Source: Ostrea edulis
Lineage: Eukaryota
DNA length: 64,000 nucleotides
Assembly (NCBI RefSeq): GCF_947568905.1
Contig: NC_079164.1
Location: 111,228,001 to 111,292,000, forward strand
Reading direction: 5' to 3'
Below the pieces are notes generated by a model that was not told the origin of the DNA, did no database searches, and worked only from the letters and a program-made list of their open reading frames with translations. The position numbers were made by a program, and so were the translations under genes. Each line of letters opens with the position of its first letter. Position 1 is the first letter of the stretch. Positions 49,859 through 62,420 of this stretch are shown in pieces.

Positions 49859-50734
49859 TATATTCACCTTCGAGGACTTCGGATTTCGCTAAGGTTTCTT
49901 TCCACAGGGAACCCTGGAAACAACCCAACACAAACATTACACTCTAACATGTACATGAAATGTCCCATTTGGCTACCAAATTTGACAATATAAACTACTT
50001 GACGAAGAAAGAGTCATTGTTTTTTTTAAATGTTTTATGATCAAGAATCTTACTCTAATCCACTTTGATGAAAATGTTAAATAAATGAGTAAGGTCAGCG
50101 TTGTGAGTCACGATAGTCTTGCTTAAAGTATCCAATCAAGTTTTCAAAGTCATTATTAATTTGAATTATAATGTTCATTGATACGCATTCTAATGACAAA
50201 TATACACATTTTGTTTCAACACACGATAACGACAAAGATCCGACTGCCTCACAACCCCAAAACAATAAGAACTGCTGATGTGTAAATCAACACATCATTT
50301 TAGATTTAGTGACTTAAGCGGTGCTTTAAAATTGTGACAACCATGTAAACATTTTGTTCAATCTTGAACGAGCAGAAATGTTTACCTACAATGTATGAAG
50401 TGGCGGATTCAATTAATCTGGATAGATATATAAAGGTTTTGAGTATTATCAATGAAGGGTCCAGGTCCCATTTTTGTGAACAAAAATAAAAAGATAGTAG
50501 GACGACACAGAATGTATTAGATTTGACACTAAGCATACAAAAAAGTGCAAAAAGATGAAGAAATCAATTATTCGTTGCTCCTTCATTATGCATAAAATCT
50601 TACTAGAATAAGCCATGAAATAACATAAAAAGCATGAAGAATTTGGATCCACCAGAGCACCAGCTTTTTGCGCCCACTTCTTATCACATCCTGGAGCCAC
50701 CACTGCAATGTACATGTACATTACGACCCCTGGG

Positions 50735-51008
50735 TCGAGGCCTCTGCTGGTGGACAGCTTTTATTTAATTGCTGTTATAAAATTTAGAAATTCATTTCAA
50801 AATTAAGGATTATCTCCCTCATGCACAGTTCTTATCCTTAGGCGTATTGGACTCCGCTTTTTTGGCACTCTGTTTTTCCCTAAAATACCTCTAAAACTTC
50901 ATTGTTATTTCGGATTTCAAACATTTCGGTAAAGCATCACTGAAGAGACATTATTTGTCGAATTGCACATCTGGTGCATCAAAATTGGTACCCTATAAGT
51001 TTTACATG
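50735..51008 (-). repeat. Dispersed non-autonomous repeat
   Basis: Contains the reverse complement of 2461-2532. Superfamily not assignable by eye. Confidence 0.55.
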
Positions 51009-51082
51009 TAATATATATACGCGGGTTGTGTCGGAAATTTGAGTTTTAAATAACTAACAGTGTCGTGGCCTTTACAGTGCTT

Positions 51083-51085
<3 letters not shown>

Positions 51086-51142
<57 letters not shown>
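51086..51142. repeat. (TA)n microsatellite
   Basis: Perfect dinucleotide run. Confidence 0.99.
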
Positions 51143-51145
<3 letters not shown>

Positions 51146-51594
51146 GTTTATATATAAATATACTACGATTATTTCCATCGGTATTGATAGACATTGTGGA
51201 GAAAAATATCTGGATATATTTCAATCTTGAAGGAGAACGGCAATAAAAAATGTATATGATTAGGTCAATTATGATAACGAATACAAGGACAAATATATAA
51301 GTAAAATACATGTGGTTGGTCTTAGCAATTTCTAAGGAACACGACATAGAACTAAAGAAAATCCATGATGTCTTAGTAAATATATGATTAGAAAAGTACA
51401 TAAACTAAAAAGATGTCTACGTTGAATGTGTTTGAATTATATGGAAACATGAAGTAATTCGTATGATGGTCCGATCCGATTATGTATATCCACGAAAATA
51501 ATCTAGATACTTATTCAATATATTTACATTTTTGATATGTAGGTTTCTATTTTAAATTCAAAAACATGTGTTATTACCGGTATGCAAAAGTAAA

Positions 51595-51920
51595 AGGATG
51601 GAAGACAAAAATAACGAACAGTGATCAATCTCATAAATCCTGCAAGAAATACAGAATAAAGAATTGGGAAAACATGGACCCAACGACAAACTGGACGTGG
51701 TATCAGGTGCCTAGGATGATTACGCATCCCCTGTCAACCGGTCACACCCACCATGATCCCTTTGTTTTGAACAGGTAAATGAAGTATTCCCTAGTCAAAA
51801 TCAATGTCCCAAGAAAGGCCTTACAATCGGTATGAATTACCTCAAACATCATTTGACCCAAATATAGGGAAACAAGATAATCGTATTGACCATATAATTT
51901 GCGAATTGCCGACTTTATAC
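51595..51920 (-). mobile_element. Naiad-type 3' end
   Basis: aataacgaacagtgatcaatctcata...atcaggtgcctagg...gtcaaaatcaatgtcccaagaaaggccttacaatcggtatgaa. Confidence 0.85.
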
Positions 51921-52704
51921 GAGATTGGTGAACGATATATTGAAAAGGCAGATGTTCTGGAAAATGTAGATTTTAAAGCATATCAGCAAATTGTTTACAG
52001 GTAACATGTTCTGCATATACAACGTATGTCAGCATAACATATTAAGTAAAATATTGTGTTCAAAAACAATATTGTAAAATCAATACAAAACTAGGAAGTT
52101 ATTTTCGCTATCCTGCACTAATATGAAAGTTTAGAGACATAGGTATGTACAAGATAACATTTTTTCTTCAAAATAATTTATGTGAATTTGAAAAATATTT
52201 ACTAAGATAGACACGGGGATATTATGATGACTATTATAACTCAACTATAAACTACTGTATTATATATGTGTGTTTAACAAATTAAAAATCAGCGAATAGT
52301 ACACAGATATACGGTTTTTTATTTTAGTTATGTTATTTGTTAGATATCAATCTTAGTTTTCACGTGTTTTTTTCCTAATGTAAATATGATAAATACTTAA
52401 CTACTTGTACCTTCATGTTGTTCACTAGAACTTCAAAGAGTTTCTCAAATCAGCACGGTATGATTTAATTATAAAATGTATGGTATGTAATAAATACATA
52501 CCTGAATAAAACAAAATATATACAATGATCAATAAAACACGGTTTTCTAACATTTAATTCAATAAATAGGAGCAAAAGGGCGCTAGCAGATCAAACTGTC
52601 GGTCGGCAGCCTGACACTCTATCCACTAAGCTACAATGATAGACAAATTTACATGCTGATTTTGACAACGTATTACTCGGTCTACTTGATCAATATATAA
52701 TGAG

Positions 52705-52822
52705 AACTCCTCTTAGGCACCTGATTCCTCCTTCGGCATATCAAAGGGTCCGTGTTTGCCCAACTCTTGATTTTGCATTCCTTATATGAGTTATGAGATC
52801 AATCAATGTTCGTCATCTTGAC
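52705..52822 (+). mobile_element. Naiad-type 3'UTR fragment
   Basis: actcctcttaggcacctgattcc...gggtccgtgtttgcccaactc...gagttatgagatcaatc. Confidence 0.8.
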
Positions 52823-52874
52823 ATTTAATTGATTAAACAAATTAGTGAGTGTATCTATCCTGAATAACTCGCGT

Positions 52875-52950
52875 CTAAGTGGAGGACTTTTATTTTGGAT
52901 ACGGATGCCAGCAATGACGCGATAGGAGCTGTGTTATCACAGATTCGGTG
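52875..52950 (+). mobile_element. Gypsy RNase H fragment
   Basis: FILDTDASNDAIGAVLSQI. Confidence 0.65.
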
Positions 52951-54319
52951 ACCAGCTGCAGAGAGTACCTGTTACGCATCGCCGCTCACTAGCCAGTCGA
53001 CGGAGACCTAACCCTTTGAAGACGCAGCCAGTACGCCCATCCGTCGCAAACGCCAGACTTCAGTCATCAGCCGCTAGCCGATCAGATTCTGAATCTGAGG
53101 GGTGACCAGAGAATGAGACCCCCCAGATACCCCAGACCCAGAAAACATGGCATGGGCGGGTCATAAAAACAAAGACAATAATCAAAGACATCCGCCTCGA
53201 GGCTCCAATTAGGTATTGGTGAGGACCCAGGGGGCGAAGCCCCTAGATTTTACAGATTTTATAGGGCTTGAAATATGTTTCCTATTTAGTCATTTGTACT
53301 ATTTTCCTTCATTTATAAGGTGAACTAATAAAATGACGCAAATTTTAATGATTTTTGGAAAAAAATTAAGTTCTCCCAATGAAGTAATTCAAGAAATCAA
53401 AAGATTTTGTCATTGTGGAAGAAATTATTGCTTCTTTTATCGTTTAGTACATTTTTCTAAAAAAGATACCACGATTTACCTTTAATTTGAAAATTTTAGG
53501 GGGTTGCGCCCCCTTAAATTCGCCACTACCAAAGGCGTTACTTTGAGAGTGTCCGATAGTTGAGGGTGTCAGTAAGTGATGTAAGAATGAAAGTATATTT
53601 AGTTTGGATGTAACGCAGCGTGCTCATGAGACATTTGACAATGGACAAGGGTTAAGCCCCGAGCCACTGCCACCAGACAAATTCTGACCTGAAATAGTGC
53701 CAACGCCACACAAACCACTGCGATGATAGAGGATGATAAGTAGAGAATGATAAAATGCAACTAAACGCAAATGTCCGAATCCTACTCGATTTGGGCATCT
53801 CTACAATAAGATATGGAGTTCGGATCATAAGCAATTCAATCACATCCCACCATGAGTGTGTCTGTAGGATGATAAAGGAATGAACGATAATGTGTATACG
53901 AGATAAGAAATTGGTTTAAAATGAAGTATGAAGTGAGAAGGACAACCTACACAAAAACGCAACTAAACACAGATGACAGAATCCTACCTCAAATGAGCAT
54001 CTCTACAATAAGATAAGGAGTTCGAACCATAAGCAATTCAACAACATCCTAGTGCGGACTGTCGCCCCCCAGCCCACCCCACATATTTAGATATATCGTG
54101 GCCTGTACTGTAGTTAGTTTATCTAGTTGATGTGATAGAGTTTGATATTGCTGGTACAATAGTGATAATATTGCTCGTGGATATGGTTAGAATAGTTTGA
54201 GGGTTAAAGGTAGTGACTCCTGCTGCGTGAAGTCTTTGTGTGAGGTTTGTTCTTTGGTGGTTGTGTAGTGAACAGTGTAATAGGTAATGGGCGATTTTTT
54301 CTGGGACCTATGAGAAAAT

Positions 54320-55698
54320 TGGAATGCTGGACAACTCGCCTCCAAGACAACTCGCCCTCAAGACAACTCGCCGCCTCTCAGAACAACTCGCCCTCTCTCA
54401 GGACAAGTCGCCCCTTCTCTTAAGACAACTCGCCCCCAATATCATCTATAAATATATTATCACATTTTATTTTCATTTTCTGTGTGTGTGTAATTGTACA
54501 AAAAAATAACACTCTCAACCCTATAAAGATACGTCTTTTTATTTGATACCTTAACACGAGTAGTAAATTGTAATAGAATTATACACCGATTTAATTATTG
54601 CATTTCAGAAAAAAAATGATATTTTTCATGCTTCATTTAGCAAGGAAAATTATATTTACTGATCTTCAGGTAATTGATTAAATTTATTAAATTAAATACT
54701 GAGAAAAGTTTTTTTTAGGGGGGGGTGGGGGGGGGGGGGTGGAAGGTGTGTGTTTTATCGATACAGTATACGTAAGTGTAAATGTGAATCATGAATATTC
54801 TAATACATGTAATTATCTTTTAATGCGTTTCTCAACTAATTCCCGTTGGAAATTCATAAAATTCTCATTTTAGAAATTTTATAACGGCTTTGCTTTCCTA
54901 ATTCTTTTGACGCGGCGATTTCAAAGTGAAAAGTACTCTGATTATGAGTACCTTAACGTTTGAAGTACATTTACAACAGCTTGGGGGAAGTCAAACAATT
55001 AGATTTAACAACAGACGCAGGTTATAGATAATTATACTACACCAGCTGTAGACCAAGGTAATACTGGCTTCCCTACCAAACGCTAATTTAACTTGCTTCC
55101 GCTGAAATTATATATTTTACGTGTACATAAAAGTGATGATCAATTTACTGAACCCAAACACTGGATTTTCACTAAAATCTTTCGTCTTGTTCAAAAAGCA
55201 TGAAGTTCGGTGTTTATGTGAACATTTCTTTTTGTTTGTAATTTATAATCTCTAAAAAAAATTCGTAATTTTTCCTAATACACCTCTTAAATATTTAGAC
55301 AAAAAATAATAATTGTAAACATGTATAATATGAAAGGGCGAGTTATCTCAAGAGAGGGGGCGAGTTGTCTTAAGGGCGAGTTGTCCCGAAGAGGGGGCGA
55401 GTTGTCTTGAGGGCAATTTGTCCCGAAGAGGGGACGATTTGTCTTAGGGGCGAGTTGTCCAGAAGAGAAGGCGAGTTGTCTTGAGGGTGAGTTGTCTTGA
55501 GGGCGAGTTGTCCCGAAAAGAGGCGAGTTGTCTTGAGGACGAGTTGTCTTAGGGGCGAGTTGTCCCAAAGAGGGGCGAGTTGTCCAGAAGAGGGGGCGAG
55601 TTGTCTTGAGGGCGAGTTGTCTTAGGGGCAAGTTGTCCCGAAGAGGGTCGAGTTGTCTTGAGGGCGAGTTGTCTTGGGGGCGAGTTGTCCTGATACCA
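54320..55698. mobile_element. Foldback-like non-autonomous element with inverted subterminal tandem arrays
   Basis: Six gacaactcgccc units on the left (54329-54437) and about 20 gggcgagttgtc units on the right (55337-55690). Ends tggaatgctggac / gtcctgatacca, with AAAAT on both flanks. Confidence 0.75.
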
Positions 55699-56746
55699 AA
55701 AATTGGGATTTAAATATAATGGTATGTCTGTATAAACTACCTGATATCGTATGTTTTCATTTATTTTATCTTTTAACCCGATCCAGGCTTTGTTCACATC
55801 TTTCCAAATTTAAAAAAAACTATTTTGCTTTTCATTACATGTTCTAAATACGTCTTTCCACAGGTAATTCTTTTAGCTAGATCAATCGAAGGAGAGAAAA
55901 AACATAATTCTTTAGTTCTAAAAATAAGTTGTCTCATCTAAAAGATCTCCAAAGAATTCAGAAAAGCTTTAAAATCTGCCCTTTCAACCATAGCTCCTTA
56001 AATGTTTTAACAATAGAATCTGTCTTGACCTTTTTTCTTGCACCTTCTATACAAGAGAGAAGAAATGTTTCTCTAATTCTTTACAGAAGGATGCATTTGG
56101 ATTTGGAATAGACATACTAAGTGATTCAAAAGGGAAGTACTAAGGATTTTAGAATAGTGATTTTTCCTATTGGAGTCACGAAAATCAGCATCGAAAACAA
56201 TTCCAAGTAGTGTAAATCTATTAACAGCCCGAGAGTGGGTGATTATGTTCTGATCGTTCTTCCAACTCTTAATGCAATGAAAATTCCATTTATCGTAGTT
56301 TCACCCACCTGTGACGTCATAAGATTTCGTAAAGTCAATGATTCAATAAAATATATGCATGACAGGAACATGATTTTTGTTAGAGTCTTTTTCAATAGTT
56401 ATTATAAAAAATCTTGTTAACCATAAAATACTTCAAAAGTCTATGAATGATCAATCATGTATCAAAATATTAAATCCATGGGCAATAGCGCTGTTTTCAT
56501 TAAATCATTTATCAAGCCCACTGTGCAATAAATTTACTTTATTTTTCACAAATATTTTGCATATTTCTTAAAGAAACAGTTTCATGAAATTGTTATGAAT
56601 ACTTTTATATCGTTTTAACCAGGTTTTGTAAAATTTTGATAATGAAATTGCAATTTTCTGAGGTTGATACCGGTATATGTGTGCTAATTGATAAAAAAAA
56701 AAAAATATCAATATGGCAACATACTTATTTTATCACTTTTTATTTG

Positions 56747-57863
56747 TGTAATGAGTTCTTTTTAAATGTTGTCAGATTAAGAAAAGACTGACGATAAGTT
56801 GTAGAAAAAACAAGAACAAATTTATTGTTTAAATAAATAAATAATATATAAAACAAAAAATATGCACACTCACTCCTTTCACTCTCAACACAAATTTACA
56901 TGAATAAGCAATTGGCAATATAGATATATGATACGTTGTAAACAGTTCTTTTGAAAAGTTCGATAGTACGTATCAGATGGAAAGCAAATTTACTGGTATT
57001 AACTTTTCAAGTTAAAACAATATTCAAAAGTAGTATAATTTAGAAAAAGTTCCAATATTCAATTATCCTTTTCTGTAATATAATATTCTTTGGTTTTGTT
57101 TCTAAATTTCGAGTTACTTTAACTTTATAATGTAACTAATCTGCACTCTGAAGACACTGTTCCGGTTTCCCGCCAACTTGCGATAAGCACGCCCAGAATG
57201 GAAAACAATCCACCACCATGCAAGCCTTGCACAAGCTATCGTCAATTCCTGACAATACACCACGGTTCCGATGCCTCCCAAGTCTCGGGTTATTCTTTAC
57301 GGAGCTACACCACGCCCTTCCATATTGTAGTACAATATCCGCATGGACCTCCGTATATCTTAATCCTGCAACTCACTGCCTGCCTTCGGGTTGAAACTGG
57401 TTTTGTTAAACACCCATGTACGCACTGAAATTAATTTCATAAAAACTACCAACTTGCAACCAAACAAGAAACCGAAAACTTACAAATAACAAGACCGTGC
57501 TAGACTAATTATTAATACTCACGAACTATCAGAATACAAACAAAACACGCTTACTGGCTAGGAAAAAGATGTGCCCTCCAAACAAACTACTATTTCAGTA
57601 CTTATATTTCTCCCAATGTCCTACATAAAATATGACAGGAAAATAGCCATCCCCTGAACTTCTAGGACCTGTCAACGTGGCACCCAGCTGATGTCGATAC
57701 CGTGCCCTATCTAATTACAGCCAGACAAACCGGTCTCTTTTATACTAGCAACTAAAAACAACTCCCACCCGACTCACTCTTACGATAACCCATTCGCATC
57801 AAAATCAAAACAAACGAAAAATACAAAACGCTAAATCAGCAAAACTGAATCAATTTCATTACA
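56747..57863 (-). repeat. 3' LTR
   Basis: Direct repeat of 62421-63536, preceded on the minus strand by the PPT-like aaatgggggtgta. Confidence 0.95.
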
Positions 57864-57927
57864 TACACCCCCATTTATTTAACAATGTCAATTGTAAAAT
57901 AAATCAATAATGATGTTGATAAGAATC

Positions 57928-60900
57928 CTATATAGAACGTGATAGGTAATCCGCCATCTGGTTGTTTTTTCCTTTGATGTGTCGTATAATGTACTTGTAC
58001 TCCTGTAGTACAAGACTCCAACATAATAATCTTGGATTTTTTGACTTCATTGTTTTCAGCCATTTTAATGCACTGTGGTCTGTTTTGATGATGAATTCTC
58101 TACGATACAGATACTTTTGCAGACGCTGTACTGACCACGCAATACTTACTCTTTCTCCACTGTGGCAAAGTGCTGTTATCTAGGAAGAAGCTTTTTACTG
58201 AGATATACCACCGGATGATACTCACCACTTTTCTCTTGTAGCAATACCGCCCCCAGCCCTCTGTCGCTTGCATCTGTTTGTAATACAAACGTTAATGAAA
58301 AGTATGGATTCCACAAAACTGGCGCACTTACCAAATCATCCTTCAGTTAACGAAATGCTTCATCGTGCTCATCTGTCCACGCTATTTTGTTTGGATACGA
58401 CTTCGTAGTAAGATCAGACAAGACCGCGGATTTTACCGAAAAATTCGGTATAAACTTTCTGTAAAAGTTTATAGACCCCAAAAAAGATCTCACCTCTTTT
58501 TTCTTTGTTTGAGCGGGGATATCCAATACAGCCTTCACCTTGTCTGACGTTGGTTTTACCTGTCCACGACCAACTATATGACCGAGAAATTCCATTTCTC
58601 TAGCTCCGAACTCACATTTCTTGGGATTTATCGTTAAACCTGCATCCTGAATAGATTGGAGAACTGATTTGATATGATCAACATGACTATTCCAATCCTC
58701 ACTAAAAATAATGATATCACCAATGAATGAATCTACAAACTCTTCATGACCTGCCAGAATCTTTCTCACCACCCTGTTAAAAGTGGCTGCTGAATTCATC
58801 ATACCAAATGGCATCACGGTAAATTCATAATGACCAAATGGTGTGATGAATGCACTCTTTTCCTTCGCATCATCATCAAGCGAAATCTGCCAATAGCCCT
58901 TAGTCAGCTCTAATTTACTGAGGTACTTAGCCTTGCTTAATCTATCAATAATATCCTCTATTTACGCATTTGGCTCCAGATCAAATTGTGTGACCTGATT
59001 AAGTTTGCGGTAGTCAACACAAAATCTCATAGATTTGTCCTTTTTTGGAACAATAACAACCGCTGAAGCATAGGGACTAACTGACTGTTCTACAACACCT
59101 GCCTCTAACATTGCATCTAATTCCTTCCTCACTTCATCGCGAAGAGAATGGGGAATCTGATACGGTCTCTGATGAATTGATGTTTCACTAGTAGTAATCA
59201 GTTTGTGTTTAAGCATATTCGTCCTACCTGGAACGTGTGTCAAAATAGAATCAAATTGTTCTAAAACTTCCCACAACTCACAAGTTTGCTCTGGGTTAAG
59301 TTTACGAGATATGTTCACATCCTTCACCGTATCTCTAGTATGCATCAGGGGGTTTCCGATCCAATCTTCGTCTGAAGTTTCAGCCTGATATACAGCTGAC
59401 ATCACAACATTGTCATCCTGTCTCTCTATCCACTTCTTTAACATATTAAAGTGGTAAACTTTTCTGACACCGTTGCCGTACTGAATCTTAAAAAATCTAC
59501 TGGACTCACCTTCTCAATAACTGAAACTGGTCCTTTCCACTGTGCTAACAATTTTCTTGTATTCGTAGGTAACAAAACTTATACCTTGTCACCAACCTTC
59601 AATGATCGTTGTCTTGCCTTCCGATCATATTACCTGTTCTGGTCACACTTACTTGCCTCTTCGTTATCCACAACAATATCCGCCATTTTAGCTAGCCGAT
59701 CTCGAGTCTCAAGCAAGTAACTCAACACTGACGGTTGCAATTGACACTCACCTTCATTTTCCTCTAAGCTCTCTCGCAAAATGGCTAAGGGACCTCTCAC
59801 ATACCTACCATAGAGCAACTCAAATGGGGAAAATCCCGTAGTTTCCTGAGGAACCTCTCTATAGGCAAACACTAAATATGGCAACATTTTGTCCCACTTA
59901 CCAGGTTCATCTTGTGCATATACGTGAAGCATTCTCTTTAGAGTACCATTAAACCTTTCAACGAGCCCGTTTGCCTCTGGGTGGTACGATGTAGTGTTTA
60001 ACTTGCGTACATTGATCAAACGACAGAGTTCTGTAATTAAGGAAGACATGAAATTCGTACCTTGATCCGACAGAATTTCTCTGGGTATTCCTACCCTCGT
60101 AAATATCTCCATCAATGCTTCAGCCACTACTTCAGCATCTTGACTTCGAAGAGGTATCGCTTCTGGATACTTGGTTGCGTAGTCACACATCACCAGAATA
60201 TACTGATTGCCTCTTTTTGTCCTCGGCAATGGTCCCACCATATATATCGCCACCCGCTGAAATGGTTCTTCAATAGCAGGAATCTTTACTAGAGGCACCT
60301 TACTTACCTTTTTCTTTGCCGTTCCCAATTGACATTTTGGGCAGGATTGACAGTATTTTTTTGTATCTTCAAAAATACCTGGTCAAAAGAAATTTCTAAG
60401 TATCCTCTCTCTAGTCTTCTTGATTCCCAGATGACCATCCAGCGGAATATCGTGACCTAAAGCTAATATTTGCTTCCGAAACTTACTTGGTACAACGACT
60501 TGTTTCAGCGTCTCACCTGTTTTCCCTCTGAACACTCTATACATCATACCATTTTCCCTTATGATATAAGTTCTCTTCTGGACAATCGTTTACTGTCCGC
60601 CTTCTAAAATGTTCTAAACTAGAGTCCTTACCTTGTTCCTCTAGCCACTCGTCCCTAGAAACTATTTCATTGACTACAGACCGTGCTTCAAGAACTTCAT
60701 CATCTTGTTTGGTCTGTTTTTCTGATGCTCTCGTTTCTACTGCCCAACATTTCTCGTCTACAGCCTTATCCACCTTACGAGGCATGTCCTGGGGAATATC
60801 GACTCTCGTAAAATTCCCACATATCAATTCTGCAAATGGAGAGTTCATTACTAATGCTACAACCCTACCTTTAACATAAGGTGTATCTACATCTATCCAA

Positions 60901-61154
60901 ATCTCTGGACATGTTTCTGAACTCCCGTTTGCTAACATGACCTTGCTTGTCACCCCTGTCATGTCCTTATGTTCAATAAGTCTACTTGATACCAATATTG
61001 AGGTACAACCCGTATATCTCAATACAGAAGCATTCTTACCGTTCACTGTACCTGTCTCAATTCTCAGTCCTCTCTCTTTACTGTCTGACTCACAAACAAC
61101 CTTGTTTTCTTTCACCAACACTGGAAGTTCTACTGATTGGCTTTTCCTATACAT
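57928..61154 (-). pseudogene. pol: protease, HHCC-integrase, RT, RNase H (frameshifted)
   Basis: PR LRYTGCTSILV; HHCC GHDIPLDGHLG...CQSCPKC; INT VMCDYATKYPEA, SDQGTNF, NGLVERFN; RT DYRKLN, MPFGMMNS, FIGDIIIFS; RH LQTDASDRGLGAVL, TDH, MADYLSR*. Confidence 0.93.
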
Positions 61155-61229
61155 AGTTGGCGATTAAATCAATCCCACTCTTTCTTTACCTGACACTTTG
61201 TTTCGCACTATCCTGAACATTTGGTTGAC

Positions 61230-62240
61230 TTACACCTGTTGTAGTATTGTTCTTAGGTGATTGCTTGCGAAGAGGAAAGTTTTTTTTATAAAATGACCTG
61301 CCTTTTGACAATGAAAACATTTCTGTTCTGCCTTACCTTGCTGATGTATTTCTGAATTTGTATTACCTTGTGCACCAGAATTTCTAGTTTTGTCCTTTTG
61401 AGACACTGATGCTCGGTGTGCATTCTGGTATGCTTCTGCCAATTCCATCATTTCCTCTACACTCTTAGGTTGTCTCTCCCTCAACCAAACCTGTAGCTCT
61501 CGTGGAGAAATATTAACAAGCTGTTCACGCATAAGAATATCCAATAAATTTTCATAACTACTGTCTACTTTTTCCATCTGACACCAGTGGTCAAAGTAAT
61601 TGAAAGCACGACTAAAAAATTCTCTAAACGTCTCATTTGAATACTGTCTACAGCCTCTGAACTTATCCTTATACGTGCTAGCTGTGAGATTGTATCGTTT
61701 AAGAATTACTTTCATTATGACTTCATAGTCATTTGCAAATCCTTCTCCCAACCGTGCATAAATGTCTAACGCCTTACCTGTCAGCTGGGGTATCAATCGT
61801 AGAGCCCATTCTGGTTTGTGCCACTTGTGAAGTGTTGCCAAACGCTCGCAAGACCTTAAGAAAACATCTACATCTTCACCCTCCACATATTTCGCTAAAT
61901 TAAACTTTATCTCGTGTTTTCTTTCTCTATTACCAAAATCTGACTGTTGAGTAGTAGCTCTCTCCCCCATAGCGTGTTCTTGCAATTCTAACTCCTTCAT
62001 TCTTGCCTTTAATTTCCTTTCCTCTAGTTCTTTCTCCTGAAGGAATTTCTTTTGTTGAACATCGCTTTCTAATTTTATTCTCTTCAATTCCTGTTCTTCC
62101 TTCTCCTTCTCATGTCTTGCCATTCGCTCATCCCGTTCAACTGCGCTGGCCTGCTTCCACAACTTAAGACAAACAGACATATCATGACCCTTATCAACAG
62201 CATCCTGAACCCAACTAGCTAACGACACTATGACACCCAC
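61230..62240 (-). pseudogene. gag with SCAN-like capsid domain and CCHC knuckle
   Basis: LDILMREQLVNISPRELQVWLRERQPKSVEEMMELAEAY resembles the SCAN helices; CFHCQKAGH is followed by a frameshift. Confidence 0.88.
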
Positions 62241-62400
62241 TAGCCAAAACCAACCTAAATGAACAAGTACTCTTCAGTGTGCCTAATCCTGAAATAAATC
62301 ACAAAATTTATGAACATTTACTGAACCTTTTCTGTACCACTAACTTGTAAACTTGGATCTATTCTACAAAATATCTTCTTGCTCAATCCATTCTAACAAC

Positions 62401-62418
62401 TTCCCACCGCTGCCATCA
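62401..62418 (-). other. Primer binding site complementary to the tRNA-Leu 3' end
   Basis: Minus strand tgatggcagcggtgggaa, 2 nt from the LTR. It matches TGGTGGCAGCGGTGGGA (complement of ...UCCCACCGCUGCCACCA of eukaryotic tRNA-Leu, from memory) with one mismatch. Confidence 0.8.
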
Positions 62419-62420
62419 TA

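Noticed and set aside
50590-50706. Possible minus-strand exon (cattgcag|TGGTGGCTCC...|gtaaga)
   Set aside because: Open in two frames but neither resembles a known domain, and no partner exons were found.
55287-55797. Repetitive ORFs (RQLAPKTTRPQDNSP)
   Set aside because: By-products of the tandem array. The same applies to the (RE)n and (YI)n ORFs at 28877, 39011 and 51072, which come from microsatellites.
58347-61154. Catalytic Asp lost in PR (DTG to YTG), INT (D to Y) and RT (IDD to IGD) as targeted inactivation
   Set aside because: The element also has many frameshifts and stops, so random decay explains it adequately.
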